Below are positions 35,770 to 48,705 of a DNA stretch of 64,000 nt, in pieces. The notes beneath the pieces are model-generated. The model was not told where the DNA came from. It ran no database searches and saw only the letters and a program-made list of their open reading frames with translations. Each line of letters begins with the position of its first letter. Positions within the stretch are counted from its first letter, which is position 1. The translations under genes and the position numbers were made by a program. The DNA comes from Anthoceros angustus (lineage: Eukaryota; Plantae; Anthocerotophyta): contig MU008173.1 of assembly GCA_010909165.1 (NCBI GenBank), positions 1,054,001-1,118,000 on the forward strand, read 5' to 3'.

Positions 35770-36075
35770 GGGTCTGTGGCCCAAGGTGAGGTCTGGTAGG
35801 GGTCTGTGGCCCAAGGTGAGGTCTGGTGGCTGAGGAGGGTCTGTGGTGGCCCAAGGAGGTCTGTGTGGCCCAAGGAGGTCTGTGGCTGAGGAGGGTCTGT
35901 GTGGCCCAAGGAGGTCTGTGGCCCAAGGAGGTCTGTGGCCCAGGAGGGGTCTGTGTGGCCCAAGAGGGGTCTGTGTGGCCCAAGAGGGGTCTGTGGCCCA
36001 AGAGGGGTCTGTGTGGCCCAAGGAGGTCTGTGGCCCAAGAGGGGTCTGTGGCCCAAGGAGGTCTGTGGCCCAAGA
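35770..36075 (+). repeat. Minisatellite of about 18-22-bp units (ggtctgtggcccaagg..g) within the LTR; reverse-complement arrays at about 54290-54510 and 55215-55450
   Basis: Read directly. Confidence 0.85.
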
Positions 36076-39000
36076 GAGGAGATCATCATCTTGTGCGGTG
36101 GTGTGAGAGGTCCTAGAAGAAAGGGGTGAGTGAGTCGTTGTGTGAAGAGGAGTCTAGGAAGTGGTGAGCGAGCGTGTGGAAAAATGGCAGCGAGGAAGGT
36201 TGGGAATAAATTGTGGGGTCGAGGAAATCGCCGGAGTGAGGTGCCGCGGCGTGGCCATGGTGTGCATCCACCGGTGAGCTCGGGTGTGAATCACATGAGT
36301 GTGACTTGGTGTACATGTGAATCTGTGCATAGGACCATAGCCCTTAACGAGCGAGGGGGGAACCGGGGTGCCAAATAGTCGATCGCGGCAGCGTGCGCCG
36401 GTGGGTGGGTCCCACCACGGGGTTGGATCACCACGGTGGCGAACCCACCACGGTGGCGGAATCCCTGCAGCGGTGGAATCCACCACGGCGGTGGCGGAAT
36501 CCACCACGGTGGCGAACCCACCACGGCGGTGGTCGAACTTACCACGTGTGGTCGGGCCGAGTAGTTGATTATGGTGGGTAGGGCGATTGTAGGAGGACTA
36601 GAATCCATAGTTTTAGAACATCTTGACACAAAACCATTCCCTTGGGATCGAATCCTAGGACTATAACGACATAGAGGGTAAATGTGGCCTCTTTGCGTCT
36701 TCGGATGCAAAAACCCATTCCACAGTTTCGCAGGTGGAGCGCAACTCGCTGCCAGATGAACGCGGTGCAGACGCTGGTGAACGCTCCGTTACGGAAAAGG
36801 AAAATTGGCTTACGAAAAATCAGGGCAAGGGTTAAATAGGACGGTAGACAGTAATCGGCACCGTCTATGTCAGATGTTTGTTTTTCCACTTACCCTTATT
36901 TGGTGTGGCAGCTACCTTTGCCACGATTTTATTAACACGGTGGCCCATGTTTTCCAACCGTGTTGCACTTGGCATACATTAAAGCCTTCCGATCCCTAAC
37001 GGCAAAAGCCGCAACTTTAATGACCGCTTGTGAATAACGGCGGCGTCGGATCCGCCGCCTGATAGATAAATCTTCTCCGCCAGGGAGTGCTGGAAAGATG
37101 CCACTCCGAGGCATCCGCGCGATAGTTCTGCTATGTCTAATATGATTGTGCCGCGAGGCTTGTGTGTTCCTCCTTGTTCACGGTGCTGGGATCGCGTTTC
37201 GCCGGCCGCACGTCTCTTGCAGCATGCTCCACTCCACCCATACCGATGAAGACACAGAGGTAATTTTCATAATACGCGTTCGCCTCCACGTTCAGAGTCC
37301 CTTGTCTCCGCTGGAACGTTGTTCATAACCGTGGGTGTCATGCGGCTTGACTACTGCAGATGGCAGGAACTTGTTGGCATACTGGGAATGCCTCGCCCTC
37401 ACAAAGAGACCTACATGCAGTCGAAAGGGGCATTCAGCGATCATTTGGCCAAACGCGCCCGCGAACTTTGCCAGCCAGTAAGGGACCGAGTTTTCCGAAT
37501 GCTCTTTGTGGACAACCTGTGTGTATCAGAACACAAGCTTATGTAGACAAGCTGGAAATTCGGCTTCGCTGAGGCAAGCGGATGGCCAGTGAGTGGTAAT
37601 CGTTGTGGATGACGATGTGCTTCACCTTGTTCTCGTGAAAATCGTGTATGCTCAGGATGGCGAAGGACTCATAACCATTCTCGTGCCCCTCCCTATGTGC
37701 CACCGACGCCCCGGAACCTGCACTTGTATGCGGCTATGGAACTTAGCCCCGGAGAGACGAGGCGATGTCGCCCGCCCGCAGAAGTCAGAAATGAACGTGC
37801 CATGCGAGGTCTGTTTCGCCCTCCGTGTGGAGTGTTTGGTGCATTGGGGGAGCATGATATTGCTGGCGATGGCAACGTTCCCCATCCTCCCCGTTCCCCT
37901 CCTCGCAGTGAGTATCATCCGAGCCAATGTCGGAGACATTGCAAGCCGAGCGACCTTGGGTTTCGTTTGCGGGCGGCGGTGTGTCTCCTTGAAGAAAGGG
38001 GTGAGTGAGTCGTGTGTGAAGGGTCTAGGAAGTGGTGAGCGAGAGTCCGGAAACGCGAACCGAGGAAGGGGAATAAATTGTGGGTCGAGGAAATCGCCGA
38101 CGGAGTGAGGTGCCGCGGCGTGGCCATGGTGCATCCACCTGAGCTCGGGTGTGAATCATGAGTGTGACTTGGTGTACATGTGAACTGTGCATAGGACCAT
38201 AGCCCTTAACGAGCGAGGGGGGAACCGGCGCCAAATAGTCGATCGCGACGCTGCGGCGCCGGCCGGGTGGGTCCCACCACGTGGGTTGATCGCCACCGCG
38301 GGCAACCCACCACGGTGGCGGAATCCACCACGGCGGTGGCGGAATCCACCACGGTGGAATCCACCACGGCGGCGAACCACCATGGCGGTGGTCGAACTTA
38401 CCACTGCCGTACCACGTAGTTGATTATGGGTAGGAACCGATTGTAGGAGGACTAGAATCCATAGTTTTAGAACATCTTGACACAAAACCATTCCCTTGGG
38501 ATCGAATCCTAGGACTATAACGACATAGAGGGTAAATGTGGCCTCTTTGCGTCTTCGGATGCAAAACCCATTCCACAGGTGGAGCGCAACCGCCGGATGA
38601 ACGCGTGCACGGTGAACGCCCGCTACGGAAAAGGAAAATTGGCTTCTGAAAATCGGGCAAGGGTTAAATAGGACGGCAGATGAGTCGCACTGCCTATGTC
38701 GATGTTTGTTTTCCACTTACCCTTATTTGGTGTGGCAGCTACCTTTGCCACGATTTTATTAACACGGCCCATGTTTTCCAACCGTGTTGCACTTGGCATA
38801 CATTAAAGCCTTCCGATCCCTAACGGCAAAAGCCGCAACTTTAATGACCGCTTGTGAATAGCGGTCGGATCCGCTACCGATAGATAAATCTTCTCCGCTA
38901 GGGAGTCCGGAAAGAGGCCACCCGAGGCATCCGCCGATGGATGTCTAATATGATTGTGCCGCGAGGCTTGTGTGTTCCTCCTTGTTCACGGTCTTTGGGA

Positions 39001-40239
39001 TCGCCACCGCCGCACGTCTCTTGACATGCTCCACTCCACCCATACCGATGAAGACACAGAGGTAATTTTCATAATACGCGTTCGCCTCCACGTTCAGAGT
39101 CCCTTGTCTCCGCTGGAACGTTGTTCATAACCGTGGGTGTCATGCGGCTTGACTACTGCAGATGGCAGGAACTTGTTGGCATACTGGGAATGCCTCGCCC
39201 TCACAAAGAGACCTACATGCAGTCGAAAGGGGCATTCAGCGATCATTTGGCCAAACGCGCCCGCGAACTTTGCCACCAATGAGGACCGAGTTTTCGAATG
39301 CTCTTTGTGGACAACCCGTGGTATCGAACACAAGCTTATGTAGACAAGCTGGAAATTCGTCACTGAGGCAAGCGGATGGCATGAGTGGTAATCGTTGTGG
39401 ATGACGATGTGCTTCACCTTGTTCTCGTGAAAATCGTGTCTGCTCGGGATGGCGAAGGACTCATAACCATTCTCGTGCCTCCCTATGTGCCACCACGCCC
39501 GGAACTGCACTTGTATGCGGCTATGGAACTTAGCCCGAGAGACGAGATGCGTCGCCACCTCGAAATGAGCGTGCCATGCGAGGTCTGTTTCGCCCTTCGT
39601 GTGGAGTGTTTGGTGCATTGGGGGAGCAGGATATTGCTGGCGATGGCAACGTTCCCCATCCTCCCCGTTCCCCTCCTCGCCTGCAGCGTCCGTATCATCC
39701 GAAGCCAATGTCGGAGACATTGCAGGCCGGGAGCGACCTTGGGTTTCGTTTGCAGAGGCGGCGCGCGGCTGGTGTCTCCTTGAAGAAGACTGAGGCGGAC
39801 ACGGTTCTGCAAGATTTCCGGAAACCGTGTTGCAACAAACTCTGTATCCAACGACTTTCGAAGGAGGGTTTCCAAGAAGAGAGGCAAAGGTTTCTTATGT
39901 TGGGAAGGTCCGAGCAGGAGACATACTTAGAGACCCTTGTAAGGCCTGACCAAGGATCGAAAGGAAAAGACCGGGTCTGTACTTTCCTGAAGGCACCGGT
40001 ACCAATCAAGTGTTGCCTGAAATCCTTCAGAAGGGTGTATTGCATAGGGTCGGAAAGGTATGAGGAGGTGAAGGGTAGAGTACTGTTGAATTCACCATGG
40101 ATGGTAGCAAGCCAAACCCGGGTGAAATCATCTCATGCATTAGGCGCTATAGCATGGATGGATGCAACATTTACGCAATTGGCGGGCTGCCTCTTGTTGA
40201 AGTCTACAATCTTCCCGACACTTTCACCAAGCTAGAAGT

Positions 40240-43200
40240 GGGTCCAAGCACGAGTTAGGTAGACCACATTATGTGGGGACGGACGATATATTTATATCCA
40301 CATGTGGACGTATTTACCTCGAAAATTCTCCCCACTAGAATATCTATCGAAATGATTCAATTTTTTTCCCATAACTAAGAGCAAGGCAACAAGTCCACAT
40401 TAAAATGCTCGAGTTAAAGGATATGATTTGTGCATATGGTATTTAATTGTTTGATCACGGATGGACAAGTGAACTTTGGACACAAAAAGTGAGCACAAGA
40501 CACACAACCCAAGTTCATTTGAATTTCAAACCATCCCATCAAGTGAACACGGAACAGAGTGAGTCTATCACACTCAAGTTTGGCACTTGTTCAAATTTCA
40601 AAGTTTGGAATACGCTGGAATTTCAAAGTCCGGCTTTGGAATTTCAAACCATCCCTCAAGTGAACACGGAACACTAAAAGTGAGGCATGGTCACAAACAA
40701 GTGTAAACTTGTTTGAATTTCAAAGTTTGGGTAAGCGGAATTTCAAACGAGGTACCCAAGTTCTGCTCATCTTTGATGAGAGCATAACCTCCGATCTGCA
40801 CGCTGCGCCCGCCTTCCCTTTCGAGGCGCTCGGTACCGTGTGTGAACCATGTGCCTAGTATTGTGAGTCGGCGCGGAGGGAGGCAGAAGGGAGCCCTCAG
40901 CGGGCCAAGGAATCGAATGGCTCCAGTGCATCCTCTTCGAGTGCACTTAAGAGAGCACGCACTGAAGCGCCGATGGAGGAAAAGCAATTTCAAATGTATC
41001 TTTGTGTGTGGAAGATGTTAGGCAAGATCGGAGCATCTTTGCTCGTGGAGGAGGCACCCTTACATGGTGAGAAGGGATCTAATCCACGATTGAATGTTGT
41101 TGTGGAAGAACGGAGCAGCCGAGGGCGAGCAAACAACACCTCTTTCATCCACAGGCGGTCAAGGCGGTTCTGCAGCAAGGCGGTGGGATCTCACCAGTCA
41201 GATGGGGCGTTGTGATGCAGTGTGGCCGTGTTGCTCGTGAACTTGGTCACATTTTCTTATAGAACTGCCCACTTCAATTCGATAGCAAGGCCAAGGTGCT
41301 AGATGCTTTTCCAGCTTCGTGGCCTCAAGGAGTTCTTCCTCTGCGAGGGGTGAAGGCTCGCCACATCCCTAGCTTTCCGGAACATCAGGCGGCCATGAAG
41401 AAGCTGAGTGTACAAGCGTCGATAAGTTGAAGGCAAGACAAACCTTCATGAATATTGTGCTTCGAGGATGTGAGGCAAGAAGCTGGAGCATCCGCCTTGG
41501 CCGGGTCCTTGTCGGCAGTGTGGCCGTGTTGCTCGTGAACTTGGTCACATTTTCTTACATAGAACTGCCCACTTCAATCGATAGCAAGGCCAAGGTGCTA
41601 GATGCTTTTCCAGCTTCGTGGCCTCAAGGAGTTCTTCCTGCGCGAGGGGTGAAGGCTCGAAAGCCACATCCCTAGCTTTCCGAACATCGTGCCATGAAGA
41701 AGCTGAGTGTACAAGCGCCCGATAAGTTGAAGGCAAGACAAACCTTCATGAATATTGTGCATCGAGGATGTGAGGCAAGAAGTCGGAGCATCCGCCTTGG
41801 CCGGGTCCTTGGGGTCAGGTGGCACGCCATCTTCGAGACCAGCGATTTGCAAAGTGCACCGAGGAGGTGCGCGGGTGGTGGGGGCGGAAGGCTCGTTCCG
41901 ATTGTTTGACCCAAGAGGTAAAGCAAGCTGTTTTGCAATTTTGGGAGACGGCATCAAGGCCTTCCTCCAACTCCAAGGATGCTAGGCGGCAGGTGGCTCC
42001 TCTTGTATTCCGCACCCACATAATCCATTTCCGGATACCTCTCGGTGATCAGTTCAACGTGTTTTGTCTTTGCTACTTCCAGGTGGTGAGCACCGCCACC
42101 GGTGGTGAGCGATCTCCTTGCCTAGTGCCTCCGCCCATGCTTGCTGGAACACGCCACTAACCTTGTAAGTTGTTACACCGCCACCACCGTCACCACTACA
42201 TGTGACCTGATGCTCCCAGCTACACTGTCACTCTCCATGTTCAGCCCTTCCTTCCGTGGCGGCGATTGTCGCTGGCTCGGTCATTTGTCATTTTGCTTGT
42301 GCTTGCTCTGCCGCGCTCTCGGTCATTTGCCCTGCTCGGTCATTTGTCCGGCTTCGGGCATTTGCGCTAGCTCCTCGGTCATTTGTGGCTCCGGTCATTT
42401 GCGCTGGTCTCTGGTCATTTGTTCCGGTGCAATGCTCATTTGCGGCCTCGTCATTTGTTGGGTGCAATGCTCATTTGCTCTTGCTCTTGCTCATTTCATC
42501 CGTATGCAATGCTCATTTCTTTGTAGACCCAGTTCACTTGGGATGTCCAGGCTCACTTTCTTTGAGAGGGAGGCACTTCATGTGGCTCTTTAGAGGGTTG
42601 TCATGCATTGGGCGCTATAGCATGGATGGATGCAACATTTCGCAATTGGCGGAGCTGCCGCTCTTGTTGAAGTCTACAATCTTCACGACACTTTCACCAA
42701 GCTAGAAGTGGGTCCAAGCACAGTTAGGTAGACCACATTATGTGGGGACGGACGCAACGCGTATTTATGTCCACATGTGGACGATTACCTTCTCGAAAAT
42801 TCTCCCCACTAGAATATCTATCGAAATGATTCAATTTTTTTCCCATAACTAAGAGCAAGGCAACAAGTCCACATTAAAATGCTCGAGTTAAAGGATATGA
42901 TTTGTGCATATGGTATTTAATTGTTTGATCACGGATGGACAAGTGAACTTTGGACACAAAAAGTGAGCACAAGACACACAACCCAAGTTCATTTGAATTT
43001 CAAACCATCCCATCAAGTGAACACGGAACAAGAGTGAGTCTCAGATCACACTCAAGTTTGGCACTTGTTCAAATTTCAAAGTTTGGAATACGCTGGAATT
43101 TCAAAGTCCGGCTTTGGGAATTTCAAACCATCCCAAGTGAACACGGAACACTAAAAGTGAGGCATGGTCACAAACAAGTGTAAACTTGTTTGAATTTCAA

Positions 43201-45890
43201 AGTTTGGGTAAGCGGAATTTCAAAACGAGGTACCCAAGTTCTGCGGCTCATCTTTGATGAGAGCATAACCTCCGATCCGCACGCGAGCCTTTTCGCCTCG
43301 CTTATACCGAGGGCGCCACCGTGTGTGAACCATGTGCCTAGGATTGTGAGCGACGCACGGAGGGAGGCAGAAGGGAGCCCCGCCCGAGCGTGCCAAGGAA
43401 TCGAATGGCTCCAGCAGTGCATCCCTCTTCGAGTGCACTTAAGAGAGCGAAGCACGCTGCCTGGAAGCGCCGATGGAGGGAAAAGCAATTTCGAAATGTA
43501 TCTTTGTGTGTGGAAGATGTTAGGCAAGATGCTGGAGCATCTTTGCCTGTGGAGGAGGCACCCTTACATGGTGAGAAGGGATCTAATCCACGATTGAATG
43601 TTGTTGTGGAAGAACGGAGCAGGCCGAGGGCAGAGCAAACAACACCTCTTTCATCCACAGAGCGGTCAAGGCGGTTCCGTGCACGGCAAGGGGCGGTGGG
43701 ATCTCACCCAGGTCAGCGATGGGGCCGTTGTGATGCACAGTGTGGCCGTGTTGCTCGTGAACTTGGTCACATTTTCTTATAGAACTGCCCACTTCAATTC
43801 GATAGCAAGGCCAAGGTGCTAGATGCTTTTCCAGCTTCGTGGCCTCAAGGAGTTCTTCCTGCGAGGGGTGAAGGCTCAAAGCCACATCCCTAGCTTTCCG
43901 GAACATCAGGCGGCCATGAAGAAGCTGAGTGTACAAGCGTCGATAAGTTGAAGGCAAGACAAACCTTCATGAATATTGTGCTATCGAGGATGTGAGGCAA
44001 GAAGTGGAGCATCCGCCTTGGCCGGGTCCTTGGGGTCAGCAGTGGCACGCCATCTTCGCAGCGATTTGCAAAGTGCACCAGGAGGTGCTGTGGGTGGGGA
44101 CGGAAGGCTGCTCCGATTGTTTGACCCAAGAGGTAAAGCAAGCTGTTTTGCAATTTTGGGAGACGCATCAAGGCCTTCCTCCAACTCCAAGGATGCTAGG
44201 CGGCAACGGTGGCTCCTCTTGTATTCGCACCCACATAATCCATTTCGGATACCTCTCGTGTGATCACCAACGTGTTTTGTCTTTGCTACTTCCACCGTGG
44301 TGAGCACCGCCACCGGTGGTGAGCGATCTCCTTGCCTAGTGCCTCGCCATGCTTGCGCTGGAACACGCCACTAACCTTGTAAGTTGTTACACCGCCACCA
44401 CCGTCACCACTACATGTGACCCCGATGCTCCCAGCTACACTGTCACTCTCCATGTTCAGCCCTTCCTTCCGTGGCGGCGATTGTCGCTGGCTCGGTCATT
44501 TGTCATTTTGCTTGTGCTTGCTCTGCCGCGCTCTCGGTCATTTGCCCTGCTCGGTCATTTGTCCGGCTTCGGGCATTTGCGCTAGCTCCTCGGTCATTTG
44601 TGGCTCCGGTCATTTGCGCTGGTCTCTGGTCATTTGTTCCGGTGCAATGCTCATTTGCGGCCTCGTCATTTGTTGGGTGCAATGCTCATTTGCTCTTGCT
44701 CTTGCTCATTTCATCCGTATGCAATGCTCATTTCTTTGTAGACCCAGTTCACTTGGATGTCCAGGCTCACTTTCTTTGAGAGGGAGGCACTTCATGTGGC
44801 TCTTTAGAGGGTTGTGTTCGAGCATGCATTGTCGTGTTTGATCTGCAGATGTAGTTTTTTGCGCTTTCGAAGGAGCATCCGAACATCAACATTGGCCAAC
44901 GAGCATTTGAGAAAGCGCCCTTCTTCATCAAGTCCTGCAAGAGAGAAATGTCTTGTTGTAGGTACCATGTCGAGATGGCGTTTTGAAGGACGCCTGAACT
45001 TGCTACGCAGTTGCCACTGTCAAAGTGCACCTCCTGCGCGCGTGGGGTGTGTGGAGAGAAACCCGAGGAGGGGACAAGTGCTACGCTCCTCGGAGATGTT
45101 TTACTCCGTCCGCGAGATGGTGCAATCTTTTATGTCCTAGAGCACCGGATGAGGACCGCATAGGCGAAAATGTTTGCTTGGTAAATGCGGCGCTTGTGGA
45201 GTTTCTAAGCTGGCCCTCTGTCCTAAGGAGGTTTCACAAGCAATTTTGCGGAGGTGACGAAGTGGCGGTGCTTTGAGTACCGTAAAGTGGGAGTGAATGA
45301 GGACGGAACCTCTAAGACCGTAATAAAGCTAGTCTATAGGGAAACTCATCCTTCGGCGATGATTGAATTCCTTCAAGATAAGCTGGCTGCCTTCATTTCA
45401 CATGATTACGTCCAAAGATGGCAAGCCCTGGAGTTTCGGAAATGCATTGATTGGTTTCCCGAGGATGTGATAGTTTCTGTTATGGACTTCTCGCAGAACT
45501 ATGCTTTCCAAGTTCAGAACGAGATACAATCAATGCACTGGCATAGTGATCAAGTGACTATCCTAGTCCATGTTACATATATGCGGATGGGGCCAGTGGT
45601 AGAGGAGGACCCCTATTGCAATGTTCAAAAGATTTTACCACTTTTACATTAGTGATGACATGCAGCACGACACTCTCTTTGTCCAGCATGCCCTTATGCT
45701 ACACTGGGACTGGTTGCTGTCCAATGGATACAAGAGGCCACGGGAGCATTGGATGTGGTCGGATGGTGCAGCTTCCCAGTTTAAGGCTTGCAGACCAAGC
45801 TATTTTGTGGCGAGGTACCCAGGTCTAACTGGGGGATGCAAAATGCTGTGGAGTTATTTTGGGTCAGGACACGGAAAAGGGGAGCACGAT
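40240..45890 (+). mobile_element. Sola2-like DDE transposase gene B nested in gene A, 3'-truncated, largely present twice
   Basis: RSDCLTQEVKQAVLQFWE..SRPSSNSKD; HPNINIGQRAFE..PFF.K....C.C.YHVE; VSVMDFSQNYAFQVQNEIQSMHWHSDQVTILVH; FYISDDMQHDTLFV; WMWSDGAASQFK; YFGSGHGKGEHD. Confidence 0.7.
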
Positions 45891-47897
45891 GTATTGTGTG
45901 GACACAATACAAATGTGGCATGGAGCAAAACGGGCTGCAGTATATTTCGTACGCGTACTTTCTGAGACTATGGGAGCAGAACTTCAAGCGCGTGAAGATA
46001 CCCAAATCAATCGATTTTCAACATGTTCTCTGCGCGGTCTAAAGTTCAACATCCGAGCAATCGGATCGCGATGATCAAGGTATGCTCATGGCGTTTTCCG
46101 ATATGGTATAAAGGGGCAAAGGTTGGGCGTCACGGTGGGCCATCTGATGACGACCAGTGGTATGTTGTGATGTGGATGTTGACCCTTGGTCAGAGGTACG
46201 ATCGGTACGGCCCTTGGTCAGAGGAAGCGGGGCATGTTCTCTAGAATGCGCCCGCAGGTTTGGAGGAGAGGGAGAGTGAGTGCGCCGGCATGCCGGCGCC
46301 GTTCCCCGGCCGGGGGAGGGGGGAGATGAGGAGGGCGTCGGCATGCCAGCGCCCTCAGGGAAAAGGGCGGGGACGAAGGCGCTGGCATGCCGGGGCCCGC
46401 AGGGGTAAGGGGAGATGAGGGCGCCGGCATGCCGGCGCCCTTGGTGGAAAGGCGGGACGGCGCGGCATGCCGGGGCCCGCAGGAGATGAGGGCGCCAGAT
46501 GCCGGCGCCTGGTGGAAAAGGTGGAAGGGGATGGGAAAGGGGAGGAGGAAGGGGTTGGCGAGGCGCCCATATTGGGGTTGAAGGCGAATGGCGGTGGACA
46601 CTTCGCCTTGACATTTTTAGCGAGTTTCCCGCCCTAGCGTTGAGGACCATTGAGGGCCTCAATATGTCGGGACCACACAACGGCCGGAACCCTAGGTTCG
46701 CCGTTTAGGGGTTGACCCTCTCGAGGGGCGGTTAGGGTCAGTGCCCCTTTGCCCCTACAGTGGACAATCGCCTAGACCCCAGACTTATAATGGCGTCGAC
46801 CCCTTCGTCTATTGCATTTGAAATGAGGCGTTAGTGGGGAGGGTCGCTGGTCGTGAATGATGGTATATGTCATTGATGGACACTGACATGACATTTGGTT
46901 GTATGGCGATATATATCGAGGCATTGAACAAACATCGCATAAAGCTTATGGAGGAGCGGAAGAAGTTGACAAAACATCGAGCGAAAGGATACACCGAGCC
47001 TCACAAGTACATGTTATTATGTATCGATGGTATGGATCGAGAAAAAACATCTTTACCGCATATACTTAGATGGCCTAAGGAGCTAAAGGAAGATAGCCGT
47101 GTTACCGTCCATGTGGTGGGGTGTATGATTCACAATCACACGCTCACGGCAAGGGCGATCGCACTACGCAAATTTGCGAACGATGCTAATTTAACCATAT
47201 GCATTATACAAGATGTGATACATCATTATCTTTGGCTTACTTCCCAAGGTTCTATATTTTTGCTGGACAACACATGTCGGGAGAACAAGAATCAACTGCT
47301 GTTTGCTTATCTGAATATGCTCGTGGAGATGGGGACATTTGAGAAAGTGAAGGTGGGGTTCCTTCTTGTCGGTCACACACATGACCAGGTTGACCAAATG
47401 TTCTCGTGTTTCTCCAAGCATTTGAAGCACAAAGAGGCCAAAACTCTTCCGGTTATGCAGGATATATTGACCAAGGCGTTCACGCCAAACCCAGAAGTGA
47501 AGGTCCTGACCGAGGTTCCAGACTTCCGTTCTTTAAATGGCCTTGAAAAGCGAGTGCTCGGAAGTTTAAAGGTGCGTTAAAATGAACAATCTATCATTCC
47601 AACACCAATTCAAAATCACGGGAGGAAAAAGCGGCGAGGTACCCGTGTCTAACTGGGGATGCAAATGTCAGGAGTTATTTTGGGTCGACACGGTGGAGCA
47701 CGATGTATTGTGTGGACACAATACAAATGTGGCATGGAGCAAAACGGCTGGCAGATATTTTAAATGCGTACTTTCGAGACTATGGGAGCAGAACTTCAAG
47801 CGCGTGAAGATACCCAAATCCAATCGATTTTCAACATGTTCTCTGTGCGCCGGTTTAAAGTTCAACATCCGAAGCACTGGATCGCGGACAGATCAAG

Positions 47898-48705
47898 GTA
47901 TGCTCATCGCTGCACACCGTTTTCCGATATGGTATAAAGGGGGCAAAGGTTGGGCGTCACAGCGAGGTGGGCCATCTGATGACGACCAGTGGTATGTTGT
48001 GATGGTGGATGTTGACCCTTGGTCAGAGGTACGATCGGTACGGCCCTTGGTCAGAGGAAGCGGGGCATGTTCTCTAGAATGCGCCCGCAGGTTTGGAGGA
48101 GAGGGAGAGTGAGTGCGCCGGCATGCCTCCCGCCGGGAGGGGAGATGAGGGCATGCCGCCCTCGGGAAAAGGCGGGACGGGCATGCCGGGGCCCAGGGTG
48201 GGGAGATGAGGCGGCATGCCGGCCCTTGGTGGAAAGGCGGGACGGGCGCCTGCATGCCGGGGCCCGCAGGGTGAGGAGATGAGGCGCATGCCGCCTGGTG
48301 GAAAGGGTGGAAGGGGATGGGAAAGGGGAGGAGGAAGCGGGCATGCGGGGCCGGCATGCCGGCGCCCATATTGGGGTTGAAGGCGAATGAAAGCCGGCGC
48401 TGGACACTTCGCCTTCAAGATTTTCGAGCGCCTGCTCCCCCTAGCGTTGAGGACCATTGAGGGCCTCAATATGGGGACCACACAACCCCGGAACCCTAGG
48501 TTCGCGTTTAGGGGTTGACCCTCTCGAGGGCGTTAGGGTCGCGTCTTTGCCCCTACAGGACAATCGCCTAGACCCCAGACTTATAATGGCGTCGACCCCT
48601 TCGTCTATTGCATTTGAAATGAGGCGTTAGTGGGGAGGGTCGCTGGTCATGAATGATGGTATATGTCATTGATGGACACTGACATGACATTTGGTTGTAT
48701 GGCAG
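47898..48705 (+). other. Spliceosomal intron (808 bp) inside transposase A, containing a GC-rich GCATGC repeat array
   Basis: CAAG|gtatgc ... ctgac ... tttggttgtatggcag|ATATAT. Removal joins RSTGSRTDQ-D-IYQEALNKHRIKL in frame. A noisy duplicate lies at 46080-46908. Confidence 0.75.

Larger units (their letters stand above)
31988..36724 (+). mobile_element. Non-autonomous Athila/Tat-like Ty3/gypsy element: truncated 5' LTR, PBS, gag, integrase C-terminal remnant, PPT, full 3' LTR; no RT, RNase H or integrase core
   Basis: The 5' LTR ends ...ccattccaca at 32685. PBS TGGCGCCGTTGCCGGGGA (tRNA-Asp type, typical of Athila) at 32689-32706; PPT gagaaggggag at 34391-34401. 3' LTR TGTGGAA...TTCCACA at 34404-36724. 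GPY/F-like remnant RWMSPFRVLEVFHNGSIQL at about 34245-34310. Confidence 0.85.

Noticed and set aside
35646-36129. Clusters of overlapping short ORFs in LTR minisatellites (also 32181-32587, 54247-54609, 55194-55598)
   Set aside because: Translations of tandem repeats, not genes.
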